DNA of 64,000 nt from Alphaproteobacteria bacterium. GTDB taxonomy: Bacteria > Pseudomonadota > Alphaproteobacteria > RF32 > CAG-239. The notes beneath the pieces are model-generated. The model did not search any database, had not been told where the DNA came from, and saw only the letters and a list, made by a program, of their open reading frames with translations. Position numbers and translations under genes: made by a program. Below, in pieces: positions 1 through 10,318 of this stretch (position 1 is the first letter of the stretch; every line of letters starts with the position of its first letter). The DNA lies in contig JAZKXV010000002.1 of NCBI GenBank assembly GCA_045611785.1, forward strand, positions 3,455 to 67,454, in the 5' to 3' direction.

Positions 1-1
1 A

Positions 2-409
2 GCTCTTAAATTTTTCGAGCCACAACACCAACAAGTCTCTAGAGTTGCGTCTAAGCATAAGTTCCTCTGCTTCATATCCTGGAGCGCTTTTCATGCAGGA
101 AAGAACTCTTTCACATACACTGTGCGTACCGGACGCAAAGACCCAATGAACATTTTCATCCCAAAAACCCCATAGGTCATGACTTTTCTGAAGAAGAGTA
201 TCCGATCCCACGACCATCAAGACTCTTTCAGAGGCTTTTTGCGGAAACGTAACATCTAAATAATCAGAAAGCCAATCTTGAGGAGCTTCCTTAAAAAAAT
301 CTGCCTCATCTTCTTCTGAAACTTGTCCATTTTCAAGACTTCTCAAAAACATCTCAAACTTTGCACGGTTCTTCTCCTGGAGAATCTCCATCAAATCAAT
401 CTGTACCAT
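2..409 (-). CDS. Hypothetical protein, partial (runs off window start)
   Basis: Hand translation from ATG at 409: MVQIDLMEILQEKNRAKFEMFLRSLENG..., open to the window edge; sigma70-like promoter upstream; not in the ORF track because it is truncated. Confidence 0.75.
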   Translation of the reverse strand, partial: MVQIDLMEILQEKNRAKFEMFLRSLENGQVSEEDEADFFKEAPQDWLSDYLDVTFPQKASERVLMVVGSDTLLQKSHDLWGFWDENVHWVFASGTHSVCERVLSCMKSAPGYEAEELMLRRNSRDLLVLWLEKFKS

Positions 410-448
410 AATTATAGTGTTTTTTAAAATAATTTAAATTTATGCTTT

Positions 449-477
449 TTTATACCAAATTTACAATTTCTTGTCAA
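449..477 (-). promoter_or_regulatory. sigma70-type promoter TTGACA-17-TATAAA
   Basis: Minus strand reads ttgaca agaaattgtaaatttgg tataaa, about 40 nt upstream of ATG 409. Confidence 0.65.
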
Positions 478-503
478 TAATTATTTGTCAAATTAGACTA
501 ATT

Positions 504-1988
504 TTAAATTTTAACAATTGATGTGCTCATTGCATAAACAGCAACTACAGAAACAGCAACCATTAATACAGCCATCGCAAATTCTTTTTTACTGAAAACA
601 TTTTCTTTCGGACTATTTTGTTTTCGTGCCCAAATATACACCGGAATACCGATTGCCATAAAAATAACTGCCATTAACAAATATTCTAAACCTGCAGCAT
701 AAATTAACCATATTGCATATATAGAGCCTATAACACCAGAAAATAAGGCAGCAGAACGCTTAATATACGTCTTATTAGGATATTCATGGTCCTCGCAAAT
801 TTTCCACAAGTATGCACAACTTGACAGATATGCCGGCAAGACCATAACTCCGGTTATACTTAACATTGTGTTCCAAGCATTATTAGAAAAATATACCAAC
901 ATCATAAAAATTTGCATCAAGGCACTTGTTACCCATAAAGAAACAGAAGGTGCTTGATTTTTATTTTCTGTAGCAAATTCTTTTGGGAAAGTTCCGTTTT
1001 TAGCAGCAGCCTGCGGGATTTGTGCCGTTACCATCGTCCATGCCAACCAACTGGATAACACGGAAATTAATAAACCGATATTCATTAACCATGATCCCCA
1101 TTTGCCTACAACTTTTTCTAAAATTCCCGCCGTAGAAGGATTCGCAATAGTAGCCAACTCTGCTTGGTTCATATAACCAAACGGCAACAAAGACAGTAAA
1201 ATATATATACATAAACAGCCCATAAAACCTATTAAAGTTGCCTTTCCTACCGATTGAACCGTTTTTGCATGCTGAGACATTACAACAGCCCCTTCAATAC
1301 CTATAAACGCCCACAAAGTGACTAACATTGTACTTTTAATCTGGGTAGATAAGCTTCCTAATTTGCCAATACTACTGATATTATCGCCCCAAAAATCAAA
1401 TGAAAAAGTAGCACTATTAAATACAAAAAGCATAATGATTATAAACAGTGCCAACGGAATTATTTTTCCTATTGTACCTATAAGATTTACAATTGTTGCT
1501 TGTTTAATTCCTCTTAAAACTAAATAGTTAAAGCACCATATTAAAATCGAACCGCCTATAATTGAATATATAGTATTTCCTCCGGCAAAATACGGCGGAA
1601 AAAAATAATTTAGAGCATCCATAGTTATAACTGCATAACCTACATTTCCGCATATTTGGCATAGCCAATATGACCATCCTATCGTAAAACCTACATATGG
1701 ACCAAAACCTTCACGACTATACATATATATACCGGCTGTTAAATCAGGTCTGACGTTTGATAAAATTCTAAAAGTATTAGCAATAAAGTAAACACCGAAA
1801 CCTGTGATTATCCATGCCAAAAACACAGCACCGGCAGATGCACCGCTTGCCATATTTTGCGGTAAAGAATATATTCCTCCACCTATCATTGAACTTACAA
1901 CTATAGCAGCCAATGCCATAACGCCTAAACCGGCGGAGTTTTTTCCCTCCGCCGTTTGTAAATTTTGAGTTGTTTCTTTTTTAAGCAT
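504..1988 (-). CDS. aaxC: Arginine/agmatine antiporter (APC family, AaxC/ArcD-like)
   Basis: SMIGGGIYSLP and WAFIGIEGAV motifs, many TM segments; follows arginine decarboxylase; ATG 1988 has AAGGA upstream (track start 2009). Confidence 0.85.
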   Translation of the reverse strand: MLKKETTQNLQTAEGKNSAGLGVMALAAIVVSSMIGGGIYSLPQNMASGASAGAVFLAWIITGFGVYFIANTFRILSNVRPDLTAGIYMYSREGFGPYVGFTIGWSYWLCQICGNVGYAVITMDALNYFFPPYFAGGNTIYSIIGGSILIWCFNYLVLRGIKQATIVNLIGTIGKIIPLALFIIIMLFVFNSATFSFDFWGDNISSIGKLGSLSTQIKSTMLVTLWAFIGIEGAVVMSQHAKTVQSVGKATLIGFMGCLCIYILLSLLPFGYMNQAELATIANPSTAGILEKVVGKWGSWLMNIGLLISVLSSWLAWTMVTAQIPQAAAKNGTFPKEFATENKNQAPSVSLWVTSALMQIFMMLVYFSNNAWNTMLSITGVMVLPAYLSSCAYLWKICEDHEYPNKTYIKRSAALFSGVIGSIYAIWLIYAAGLEYLLMAVIFMAIGIPVYIWARKQNSPKENVFSKKEFAMAVLMVAVSVVAVYAMSTSIVKI

Positions 1989-2002
1989 TCTTGTATCCTT
2001 TT

Positions 2003-2584
2003 CTAACAAACAACAGGATCTGCATATTCAAAATTCAAAAATCCTAAACATGTTAAGCAATATCCGAATTGTTCTGTAATATTCAAATAATTATGGAACA
2101 TTTCAAATTCGCTGTGTTTTTCAACTCCCCTAATATCAAGCTCATGTTGTAAAGATTTATTAAGCCACATTCTTGCGTGTCCTTGTGCAATTTCATCATC
2201 TATTTGCGTATCAAAAAACTCAACATATTCAGCTGCCCAACCACCAATAAGTTCACCATTTTTATCTTTACCCCAACAAATTCCGACGCCTGTTGCAATG
2301 GCTTTATGCTCATCTCTTGAAGCTCCGTGTCCTGCCATAATTACTTCTAACACAGCACCATGCTTAAACTGATTTACAACCTTATCAACACTTACAATGT
2401 TACCATATAACTCCTTAGGTAAAACTGATGTATATGGCACAACGTTAAAATTTTCGATTTTGGCTTGCATTAATGCTGAATCATAACAAAAAGTTTCAAA
2501 TGGTTGTGGCGGAATGCCATCATTTGCTTGACCGGCACCGCCTGTTTGAAACGCAAGTATAGGATAACGAACACCTTGTATCAT
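2003..2584 (-). CDS. aaxB: Pyruvoyl-dependent arginine decarboxylase (chlamydial AaxB type)
   Basis: [25 protein letters not shown] self-cleavage site, [11 protein letters not shown]; SD AAGGAG. Confidence 0.9.
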   Translation of the reverse strand: MIQGVRYPILAFQTGGAGQANDGIPPQPFETFCYDSALMQAKIENFNVVPYTSVLPKELYGNIVSVDKVVNQFKHGAVLEVIMAGHGASRDEHKAIATGVGICWGKDKNGELIGGWAAEYVEFFDTQIDDEIAQGHARMWLNKSLQHELDIRGVEKHSEFEMFHNYLNITEQFGYCLTCLGFLNFEYADPVVC

Positions 2585-2713
2585 AAATTTACTCCTTAAA
2601 ATTATGTTTTTTCAATACGCAAATTACTTAATTTTAATGAGCCTTTTTTCAATACACTTAGAACTAAATTTTATATGCAACCGTTCATATTTTCTTGATA
2701 TAAATTTTGCATC

Positions 2714-2741
2714 AAAAAAGTGCTGATAAATGTCAGCACTC
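2714..2741 (-). terminator. Intrinsic terminator after hflX
   Basis: Minus strand agtgctga-cattta-tcagcact followed by a T run. Confidence 0.6.
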
Positions 2742-2770
2742 ATAACACATCTTTTTATAACATTTTGAGC

Positions 2771-4075
2771 TTAATCTAAATTAATGTCAAACAATTTAAC
2801 TAACCTTTGAGAATTTGCTTCATTTACTTTGATATTAAAAATCAATTTATCATCTATTGTATCTTTTTGCAAAACCACCGCATTGCTATAAAGCCAAGAT
2901 TGTAACTTTCCATCTGAAGGATCAACTTCTATGGCATATTGTTTATAACCTGCAGAAAGTATCTTATCTATGCTTAAGCACAACTCTTTACACCCCTGCC
3001 CTGTTAATGCAGACATCGGAATAATTTCTTTTGACTGATTGGCAATTTTGTTTTCTAAAATATTTTTATCTTCTTCGCTTAATAAATCTACTTTATTTAA
3101 CACCTCAATATAATTTGGCATATTTTCAATATTCTTAAGGCCAATATTTTCCAATACGGATAAAACATCTTTTCTTTGCAAAGAGGTATCTTCGTTAGAT
3201 ATATCTCTAACATGAATAACTACATCTGCCTCTAAAACTTCTTCTAAAGTAGACCGAAAAGCCATGATAAGTTCATGCGGCAAATCTGAAATAAATCCAA
3301 CCGTATCTGAGAAAATAACCTCATTTCCCGATGGAAGTTTAATTTTTCTTAAAGTAGGATCCAGCGTTGCAAACAACATATCTTTAGCTAGAACAGATGC
3401 CCCTGATAACATATTAAACAATGTAGATTTTCCTGCATTTGTATAACCTACAATTGCCGCTATAGGATATGGAACTTTTCGACGATTTCCTCTTTGCAAA
3501 TGACGTGTATTTTTAACCTTTTCCAATTCTTTTTTAATTTTTATGATTTTTTCATCAATAATACGTCTGTCTAATTCTATTTGCTTTTCTCCTGGCCCGC
3601 CTAAAAAGCCTGCACCACCTCTTTGACGCTCTAAGTGTGTCCAGCTCCTAACCAAACGAGAACGTTGATACGTCAAATGAGCAAGCTCAACTTGAAGTTT
3701 ACCTTCATTAGTGTTTGCTCGCTCACCGAAAATTTCTAAAATAAGAGCTGTTCTATCAATAACTTTTACATCAAGTTCTTTTTCTAAATTACGTTGTTGT
3801 ATTGGTGACAACAAAGCATCAACAATCATTAAGGTAATTTGGTTCTCTACAAAAAAAGGTTTAAACTTTTCAATAAAACCTTTAGAAAAATATGTAGAAG
3901 GCTTAATGCTTTTTAATTTAATTACTTCAGAATGTACCACATCTAAATCTATTGCATAAGCCAAACCGACTATTTCAGCCAAGCGACTACTTTCTGACAT
4001 ATCCTTTTTGGCATCTGCCACATTAGGGCAAATCACACAAGTATTTTCAGATTTTTGTGATAATGTATCTTGCAA
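2771..4075 (-). CDS. hflX: GTPase HflX
   Basis: GYTNAGKST, LFATLDPT, DTVGF, NKVD motifs; directly downstream of hfq. Confidence 0.95.
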   Translation of the reverse strand: MQDTLSQKSENTCVICPNVADAKKDMSESSRLAEIVGLAYAIDLDVVHSEVIKLKSIKPSTYFSKGFIEKFKPFFVENQITLMIVDALLSPIQQRNLEKELDVKVIDRTALILEIFGERANTNEGKLQVELAHLTYQRSRLVRSWTHLERQRGGAGFLGGPGEKQIELDRRIIDEKIIKIKKELEKVKNTRHLQRGNRRKVPYPIAAIVGYTNAGKSTLFNMLSGASVLAKDMLFATLDPTLRKIKLPSGNEVIFSDTVGFISDLPHELIMAFRSTLEEVLEADVVIHVRDISNEDTSLQRKDVLSVLENIGLKNIENMPNYIEVLNKVDLLSEEDKNILENKIANQSKEIIPMSALTGQGCKELCLSIDKILSAGYKQYAIEVDPSDGKLQSWLYSNAVVLQKDTIDDKLIFNIKVNEANSQRLVKLFDINLD

Positions 4076-4078
4076 AGT

Positions 4079-4297
4079 TTAATCTTCTACCACATCAACT
4101 GATGTACTAGGCATAATGGTTGAAACTGCATGCTTATATACAAGCTGAGTATGACCATCTCTGCGCAACAACAGTGATGTTTCATCAAAAAATGTAATTA
4201 CACCTTGAAGTTTAACACCGTTAATTAAAAAAACAGTAACGGCAATTTTGTTTTCTTTAATATCATTTAAAAAATCAGCTAAAGTGTTTTTAGTCAT
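4079..4297 (-). CDS. hfq: RNA chaperone Hfq (divergent)
   Basis: [10 protein letters not shown] and [12 protein letters not shown] Sm motifs; hfq-hflX synteny. Confidence 0.93.
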   Translation of the reverse strand: MTKNTLADFLNDIKENKIAVTVFLINGVKLQGVITFFDETSLLLRRDGHTQLVYKHAVSTIMPSTSVDVVED

Positions 4298-4405
4298 TGT
4301 AATAATACCTTTATTGTAGTTATTTTTATTGCACCATTATAGAATAAGCACAATTATATCTATATGTAAAGAATCTATTTTCAATAAGGGGATAACTTCA
4401 ATTAC

Positions 4406-4846
4406 TTAATATATATTTTTGTAACGTTTTTTTGCTTTCTTAATACCGCGTTCATCATGTGCTTTTCTGATAACCATGATAATAGCCAAAACAAAGGAAG
4501 CCGGTATACTAAATTCATATATTTCGATATATGTAACAACAAAGTTGTACCAATTTTCAGGTATACCATTTGTAAATGTTGCTATCTTAAAATTAAGCGG
4601 AATAGACACATAAGGTACCCAACCAATCCATGATAAAAATGTATATGTTTTAGGATTGTTTTTAACAAAATCAGCATTTGTTTCTGTCATTGGAAAAATA
4701 AATAGAACACAACTGATAAACAAAAACAAAAGATATAAAATATATACAGCCCAAGAAGATCCTGAATATTTAAAATATTCAAAGAACAACAAAAAAGGTT
4801 GGAAGATTCCACCTATAATTAAACACTGTCTAATTCTATTTTGCAT
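4406..4846 (-). CDS. Hypothetical membrane protein (about 4 TM)
   Basis: Hydrophobic segments, basic C-tail, GAGG SD. Confidence 0.65.
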   Translation of the reverse strand: MQNRIRQCLIIGGIFQPFLLFFEYFKYSGSSWAVYILYLLFLFISCVLFIFPMTETNADFVKNNPKTYTFLSWIGWVPYVSIPLNFKIATFTNGIPENWYNFVVTYIEIYEFSIPASFVLAIIMVIRKAHDERGIKKAKKRYKNIY

Positions 4847-5033
4847 AGATCCTCTCGTAAAACATTTTTACCCTAAGCTACACCCAAAGTATTAATAAAT
4901 GTATAAAATATAGTCATATATAGTAAAAAATGTTTCCGAATAAACACTTTTTGCTAACTTATCAACATGAAAGCATTACAGATAACGACATCTGTTTTAA
5001 TTAACATAAAGCTTAAAAGCAACCGCCTACATA

Positions 5034-5062
5034 TTGACAGCCTAAATAATATATCTTATCAT
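5034..5062 (+). promoter_or_regulatory. sigma70-type promoter TTGACA-17-TATCAT
   Basis: Direct match upstream of ATG 5102. Confidence 0.6.
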
Positions 5063-5101
5063 TTTGAAACTTTAGTTAAACTATAAGAAAGATTACAAAT
5101 T

Positions 5102-6022
5102 ATGAATATGTTTTGGTTTAAATTAAGACTTAAATTTCTAAAACCTTTTAACCAAGGTTTTTTACCAGAAATTGATGGTCATAAAATTTTCTATCAAGAA
5201 TTAGGCAATAAAAACGGTGAACCTATACTTATTTTTCATGGAGGACCGGGAGGAAGCTCAAAACCTTATCACGCATCCGGATTTGATTTAAAAAAATATC
5301 ATATCATCACATTTGACCAACGTGGTTGCGGTAAATCTGAATATAAAGATGCTTTATATCAAAATACAATTGATGCCACCGCTCAAGATGCTATCCGATT
5401 ATTAAAATTTTTAAACATTAAACAAGAAATCATTATTGCAGGGGCATCGTTTGGCGTTACCTGTGCACTATATTTTGCACAAAAACATCCTGAACTGGTT
5501 AAAAAAATTATTTTAAACAGCGTCTTTTTAGCTCGCAAAAAAGATGGTGATAATATGTCTCCTTCAGCTAAATTGTTTTATGCCGACGTCTTAGAAACTT
5601 TACAAAAAGTTGCTAAAGGGAAAGACATATTCACTTTCTGTCATGAAAAATTATTTTCACAAAAACAAAAAGATGTTGATTTAGCTATGCAATATTATGC
5701 ACCTTTTGAACACATGATAGGCAGCTTTGATGTTGATTTTCCCCAAAAAGAATATTCTGAAAGATGGTTAAATAAATTCAAAATATTTATGCATTACATT
5801 AAAAATGATTTCTTCCTTACAGAAAATCAACTAATAAAAAATGCAAAAAAAATTGCTCATATACCAACATATATATATCACAATCGGTTAGATTTTATAT
5901 GCCCTATGTATCAAGCTCATGAAATACATAAGGCCCTGAAAAAATCTAAATTACACATTGTTAAAGCTACCGGACATTGCAGTCCTGAAATTTACTTAGA
6001 AATGTACAATACTTTTAATTAA
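5102..6022 (+). CDS. pip: Proline iminopeptidase-like alpha/beta hydrolase
   Basis: HGGPG, DQRGCGKS, GASFG nucleophile elbow, RLDFICP, TGH. Confidence 0.8.
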   Translation: MNMFWFKLRLKFLKPFNQGFLPEIDGHKIFYQELGNKNGEPILIFHGGPGGSSKPYHASGFDLKKYHIITFDQRGCGKSEYKDALYQNTIDATAQDAIRLLKFLNIKQEIIIAGASFGVTCALYFAQKHPELVKKIILNSVFLARKKDGDNMSPSAKLFYADVLETLQKVAKGKDIFTFCHEKLFSQKQKDVDLAMQYYAPFEHMIGSFDVDFPQKEYSERWLNKFKIFMHYIKNDFFLTENQLIKNAKKIAHIPTYIYHNRLDFICPMYQAHEIHKALKKSKLHIVKATGHCSPEIYLEMYNTFN

Positions 6023-6044
6023 TTTATTTATTGAAAGAAAAACT

Positions 6045-7796
6045 ATGAAATATTTATCACAAATAAATAATCCAGCTGATGTAAAAAACTTAAATTTAGA
6101 CGAACTTAATACATTAGCCTTAGAAATAAGAGAAGCTATATTAAATCGTACAAGCATATTAGGCGGACATGTCGGACCAAACTTAGGTATGGTAGAAGCT
6201 ATCATCGCTCTGCATTATGTTTTTAACTCTCCTATTGATAAATTTGTATTTGACGTATCTCACCAAAGTTACGCTCACAAAATTTTAACAGGAAGAAAAG
6301 AGTATTTTTTAGATAACACACAACTAACAAAAATATCCGGTTACACAAACCCAAATGAAAGCATTCATGACCACTTTACAATAGGTCATACTTCGACATC
6401 TGTTTCCTTAGCATGCGGCTTAGCTAAAGCTCGAGACATCAAAGAAGAAAAACATAATGTAATAGCTATTATCGGTGATGGTTCTTTAAGTGGCGGAGAA
6501 GCTTTAGAAGGGCTTGATTTTGCCGGAGAACTAAACACAAACCTCATCATCATTGTCAATGATAATGAACGTTCAATTGCTGAAAATCATGGTGGATTAT
6601 ATAAAAACTTACAGTTATTAAGAGAAACAAAAGGCACTGCAGAATGCAACCTTTTTAAATCTTTCGGACTAGACTATGTATACCTTGAAGAAGGTAATTC
6701 TATTTCAGATTTAATTAAAACATTTTCAAGCGTAAAAGACACTTCAAAACCTATTGTTGTACACATTCACACCAACAAAGGAAAAGGCTATAGCTTTGCT
6801 GAAAATGATAAAGAAAAATGGCATTCAACCACAGCTTTTAACATTGCATCAGGAAAAAACACCTTAGAAATGTCAGCTCAAAATTATGCTGCACTTACAT
6901 CAGATTATTTAATTGAAAAAGTCAAACAAGATAAAAACATTGTGATTCTCAATGCCGGAACACCGGGAGCTGTAGGGTTCACTCCTGAAAAAAGAAAAAT
7001 TTTAGGCGATCATTTTATTGATGTAGGAATTGCCGAAGAACACGCTGTAGCCATGACTTCAGCTTTAGCAAAAGGCGGCTGCAAACCGGTATATTGCGTT
7101 TTAAGTTCATTTATACAACGCACATACGACCAATTATCTCAAGATTTAGCATTAAATAAAAACTCCGGTGTTATATTAGTATACTGGACCGGATTAAATA
7201 GTGCTGATGCAACACATTTAGGTTGTTTTGATATACCAATGATATCTAATATACCAAACTTAGTTTATCTTGCTCCTACTCATAAAGAAGAATATTTTGC
7301 AATGATTGATTGGGCTATTGAGCAAAATGATCATCCTGTTATCATCAGAGTTCCTTCCGTTTTATTTGAAACTTCATCTGCTGTTAAAACAGATTTTCAC
7401 AATATAAACTCTTATAGCACAGAAATTAAAGGCTCTGATGTTGCAATTATTGGTGCCGGAGCATATTATAATTTGGGCTTAAAAATATATGAAAAACTAA
7501 AAAACATTAACATTAATGCCACAGTGATTAACCCTCGTTTTCTTAGCGGATTAGATAAAGAAACGCTTGAAAGCTTAAAAGAAAATCATAAGTTAGTTAT
7601 TACTCTTGAAGATGGCATTTTAGACGGAGGCTTTGGGCAAAAAGTTGCTGCATTTTATGGAAACTCCAATATAAAAACTTTAGCTTATGGTGGTAAAAAA
7701 GAGTTTACAGATAGAACTCCTATGGTAAATATATTACAAAATAATCGATTAATACCTGATTTAATCATAGAAGATATAAAACGTGTTCTAAAATAA
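6045..7796 (+). CDS. dxs: 1-deoxy-D-xylulose-5-phosphate synthase (short type)
   Basis: GGHVGPNLG, DVSHQSYAHK, GHTSTS, GDGSL..NDN ThDP motif, DVGIAEEHAV. Confidence 0.9.
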   Translation: MKYLSQINNPADVKNLNLDELNTLALEIREAILNRTSILGGHVGPNLGMVEAIIALHYVFNSPIDKFVFDVSHQSYAHKILTGRKEYFLDNTQLTKISGYTNPNESIHDHFTIGHTSTSVSLACGLAKARDIKEEKHNVIAIIGDGSLSGGEALEGLDFAGELNTNLIIIVNDNERSIAENHGGLYKNLQLLRETKGTAECNLFKSFGLDYVYLEEGNSISDLIKTFSSVKDTSKPIVVHIHTNKGKGYSFAENDKEKWHSTTAFNIASGKNTLEMSAQNYAALTSDYLIEKVKQDKNIVILNAGTPGAVGFTPEKRKILGDHFIDVGIAEEHAVAMTSALAKGGCKPVYCVLSSFIQRTYDQLSQDLALNKNSGVILVYWTGLNSADATHLGCFDIPMISNIPNLVYLAPTHKEEYFAMIDWAIEQNDHPVIIRVPSVLFETSSAVKTDFHNINSYSTEIKGSDVAIIGAGAYYNLGLKIYEKLKNININATVINPRFLSGLDKETLESLKENHKLVITLEDGILDGGFGQKVAAFYGNSNIKTLAYGGKKEFTDRTPMVNILQNNRLIPDLIIEDIKRVLK

Positions 7797-7854
7797 TTTT
7801 TGGGAAGCTGCAATATAAATAGCTTACTTTTTTTTATTATATATAATGAAACAT

Positions 7855-7883
7855 TTGACATTTAACATTAACAAAGATATATT
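7855..7883 (+). promoter_or_regulatory. sigma70-type promoter TTGACA-17-TATATT
   Basis: Direct match upstream of the glycosyltransferase. Confidence 0.6.
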
Positions 7884-7927
7884 TTTGAACATAATTCATA
7901 AACATATTGTTTTATAAGGAATTGATA

Positions 7928-9442
7928 ATGAAAAAAAAATTAAAAGTTATGTTTTCTACTCATGGCTTAGTAGAAGGTGATTTTGCTTTTGACACTAATA
8001 TTGACGGATATCCTACATCAAAAGTTATATCAAAAAAAGTTATTACCGGACAAGATACCGGTGGACAAGTTTATTACGTAAAAGCATTAGCTGCAAATTC
8101 AGACAAATACGATGTAGACTTGGTAACTCGCAGAGTTGATCCTCGTATTTGCCCACAATTTGGCGGAATGGTCTCAAATACGAGTAAAGATATTAATTAT
8201 AAAATTGAACAGCAGTGGCATGAAAGTTCAGAGATACGTAGCAGAGTTTTACGTGTACCTGCCGGTGGAAATTTCAAATTTGTTCCTAAAGAAGAAATTG
8301 TTCCTCTTTTACCTGAACTTATTGATAATTTATATGAGTTTTACAAAAAAGAAGGTGTAATTGATAACATCGAAGTTGTTGAAGGACACTATCGCGATGG
8401 TATGTTAGCTGCAGACATGCTTTGTTCTAAAATCGAACAAGAAACAGGTCGAAGACCTATTATGCTTGTTACCAGCCATTCTTTGGGACATAAAAAATAT
8501 GAAAGAAACTTACCTCAATATCAAGCAGGAAATATTTCTGAAGAAGAATGGTCTTGGCATAATTTTGAACAACGCATAGCTCATGAAAAATACGCTTTTC
8601 ATACTTCTGATATTATAATTGCAACTTCCCCTGATGAACAACGTCGTTTACTTGATGAGCCATATTCGGCTGAAAGAGAAAAAATTACAATTATACCACC
8701 AGGATATAATGATGTAATTTTCTCACCATTATCACCTCAAGAAGTAAATAAACTTAAATATCGTTTTGAATATATAAACCTTTATAATGAAGATTGTAGC
8801 ATTGATTTAACCGATAAAAAAGTTGTATCTACTTTGGGTCGCGTTGTTCGTGATAAAGGATTTTGCGAACTTGCTCATTCAATGGTAGAAATTATGAGCC
8901 AAGATCCTAATGTTATATTCATGGTAAGTGGCGAAGCAACAAACCCCGTAACATTAGAATGTCAAGAAATTTTAAAAGATTTTGAAGATAGAGTTGTATA
9001 TTTGCCATCATTGAATCAAATGGAAATGGCTAAAGTTTATAACATATCTTCCGTATTTGTTATGTCCAGTTTAAACGAAGCTTTCGGAATGGTTCCTATT
9101 GAGGCCATGGGTTGCAAAACAGCCGTAATCGTCGGCAGAAGCGGATTTAATGATTTTGCGCACTGCACTGATGTCAGAAATGACTATCAAGATTATTCAA
9201 TGGCTATTGGCTTATACGGACCATCTCAAGAAAAAGATCGTTGGCGTCAAGTTAAAGCATTACAACTTTTGTTAAATGATGAAGAACTGCGTAAACAAAT
9301 TGCAGAAAATGGTTATAACTATGTTAGAAATAATTTAACATGGCGACAAATTTCGAAACACAAAGATGAAATTGTGCAAAAAGTTTTAACCGGTCATGTA
9401 GCTCTTAATTTAGCTATGGGAAAAAAAAGAAAAAATAAATAA
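7928..9442 (+). CDS. GT4 glycosyltransferase, sucrose-phosphate/sucrose synthase-like
   Basis: GQDTGGQVYYV, HSLG, EAFGMVPIEAM; ATG 7928 with AAGGA SD. Confidence 0.8.
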   Translation: MKKKLKVMFSTHGLVEGDFAFDTNIDGYPTSKVISKKVITGQDTGGQVYYVKALAANSDKYDVDLVTRRVDPRICPQFGGMVSNTSKDINYKIEQQWHESSEIRSRVLRVPAGGNFKFVPKEEIVPLLPELIDNLYEFYKKEGVIDNIEVVEGHYRDGMLAADMLCSKIEQETGRRPIMLVTSHSLGHKKYERNLPQYQAGNISEEEWSWHNFEQRIAHEKYAFHTSDIIIATSPDEQRRLLDEPYSAEREKITIIPPGYNDVIFSPLSPQEVNKLKYRFEYINLYNEDCSIDLTDKKVVSTLGRVVRDKGFCELAHSMVEIMSQDPNVIFMVSGEATNPVTLECQEILKDFEDRVVYLPSLNQMEMAKVYNISSVFVMSSLNEAFGMVPIEAMGCKTAVIVGRSGFNDFAHCTDVRNDYQDYSMAIGLYGPSQEKDRWRQVKALQLLLNDEELRKQIAENGYNYVRNNLTWRQISKHKDEIVQKVLTGHVALNLAMGKKRKNK

Positions 9443-9452
9443 TTTCTAATAA

Positions 9453-9482
9453 AAAAAACTCCGATAAATCGGAGTTTTTTTT
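9453..9482. terminator. Bidirectional intrinsic terminator
   Basis: aaaaaactccgat-aa-atcggagtttttt between convergent genes. Confidence 0.85.
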
Positions 9483-10302
9483 ATTTATTGGCTAAATAAA
9501 TTATTGATGCATCGCCCAACGGCTTATCTGATTTTCCATAAATAAGACGAACATTTTCTTTATAAGCTCCATGATAATCAGAGCCTGCACTTAATTTTAA
9601 CCCCAGTTTATGAGCAATATTTTTATACAATTGTGTTTGTTCCAATGTATGATTAGAATGAGCATATTCTAACCCATCAAGGCCCATATTTTGTAATTTT
9701 ACAATTTGTTTTTCGAGAGCTTCATCATTTAGCTTCAAAGAATGCGGATGAGCTAAAAAAGCTAAACCTCCTGCCTGATGAATCAGATTAATTGCCTTTT
9801 CAACCTCTATACCACATAAAAAGTTTCTATATTGCATAACAACCATATTAGCATCTTTATATGTCGGATAATATCCTTTGTGCGTTAAATATTGCGATAT
9901 ATTACCTTTTCCTATTGTTCCTTTAAATTCTTTTTCCATATCAGAATAATTGATATCTATTCCATAATTTTCTTTCAATTGTTCCAATATATGCACATTA
10001 CGTTTTTCTCTCAAACCTTTAAGATGTTGCAAAACATCTTCAATAATTGATAAATTTTTAATATCCAAACCCAAGATATGCATTGATAAACCATTTTCAT
10101 TAAAAGTAGATATTTCCAAACCTTTAATTAATTTAACTCCATATTTTATTGCCGCACTTTGAGCTTCTTCTATACCTTTAATTGTATCATGATCTGTTAA
10201 TGCAATCATATCCAAACCAACTTCTTTAGCATGCTTAATTAAATCGGTTGGAGATAAAGTTCCATCTGAATAATATGAATGTGTGTGAAAATCTACTAAC
10301 AT
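9481..10302 (-). CDS. PHP-domain phosphoesterase (YciV/TrpH family)
   Basis: DFHTHS, LTDHD, LAHP, GSDYHG motifs. Confidence 0.9.
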   Translation of the reverse strand: MLVDFHTHSYYSDGTLSPTDLIKHAKEVGLDMIALTDHDTIKGIEEAQSAAIKYGVKLIKGLEISTFNENGLSMHILGLDIKNLSIIEDVLQHLKGLREKRNVHILEQLKENYGIDINYSDMEKEFKGTIGKGNISQYLTHKGYYPTYKDANMVVMQYRNFLCGIEVEKAINLIHQAGGLAFLAHPHSLKLNDEALEKQIVKLQNMGLDGLEYAHSNHTLEQTQLYKNIAHKLGLKLSAGSDYHGAYKENVRLIYGKSDKPLGDASIIYLANK

Positions 10303-10318
10303 ATAAAGTCCTTAAAAA

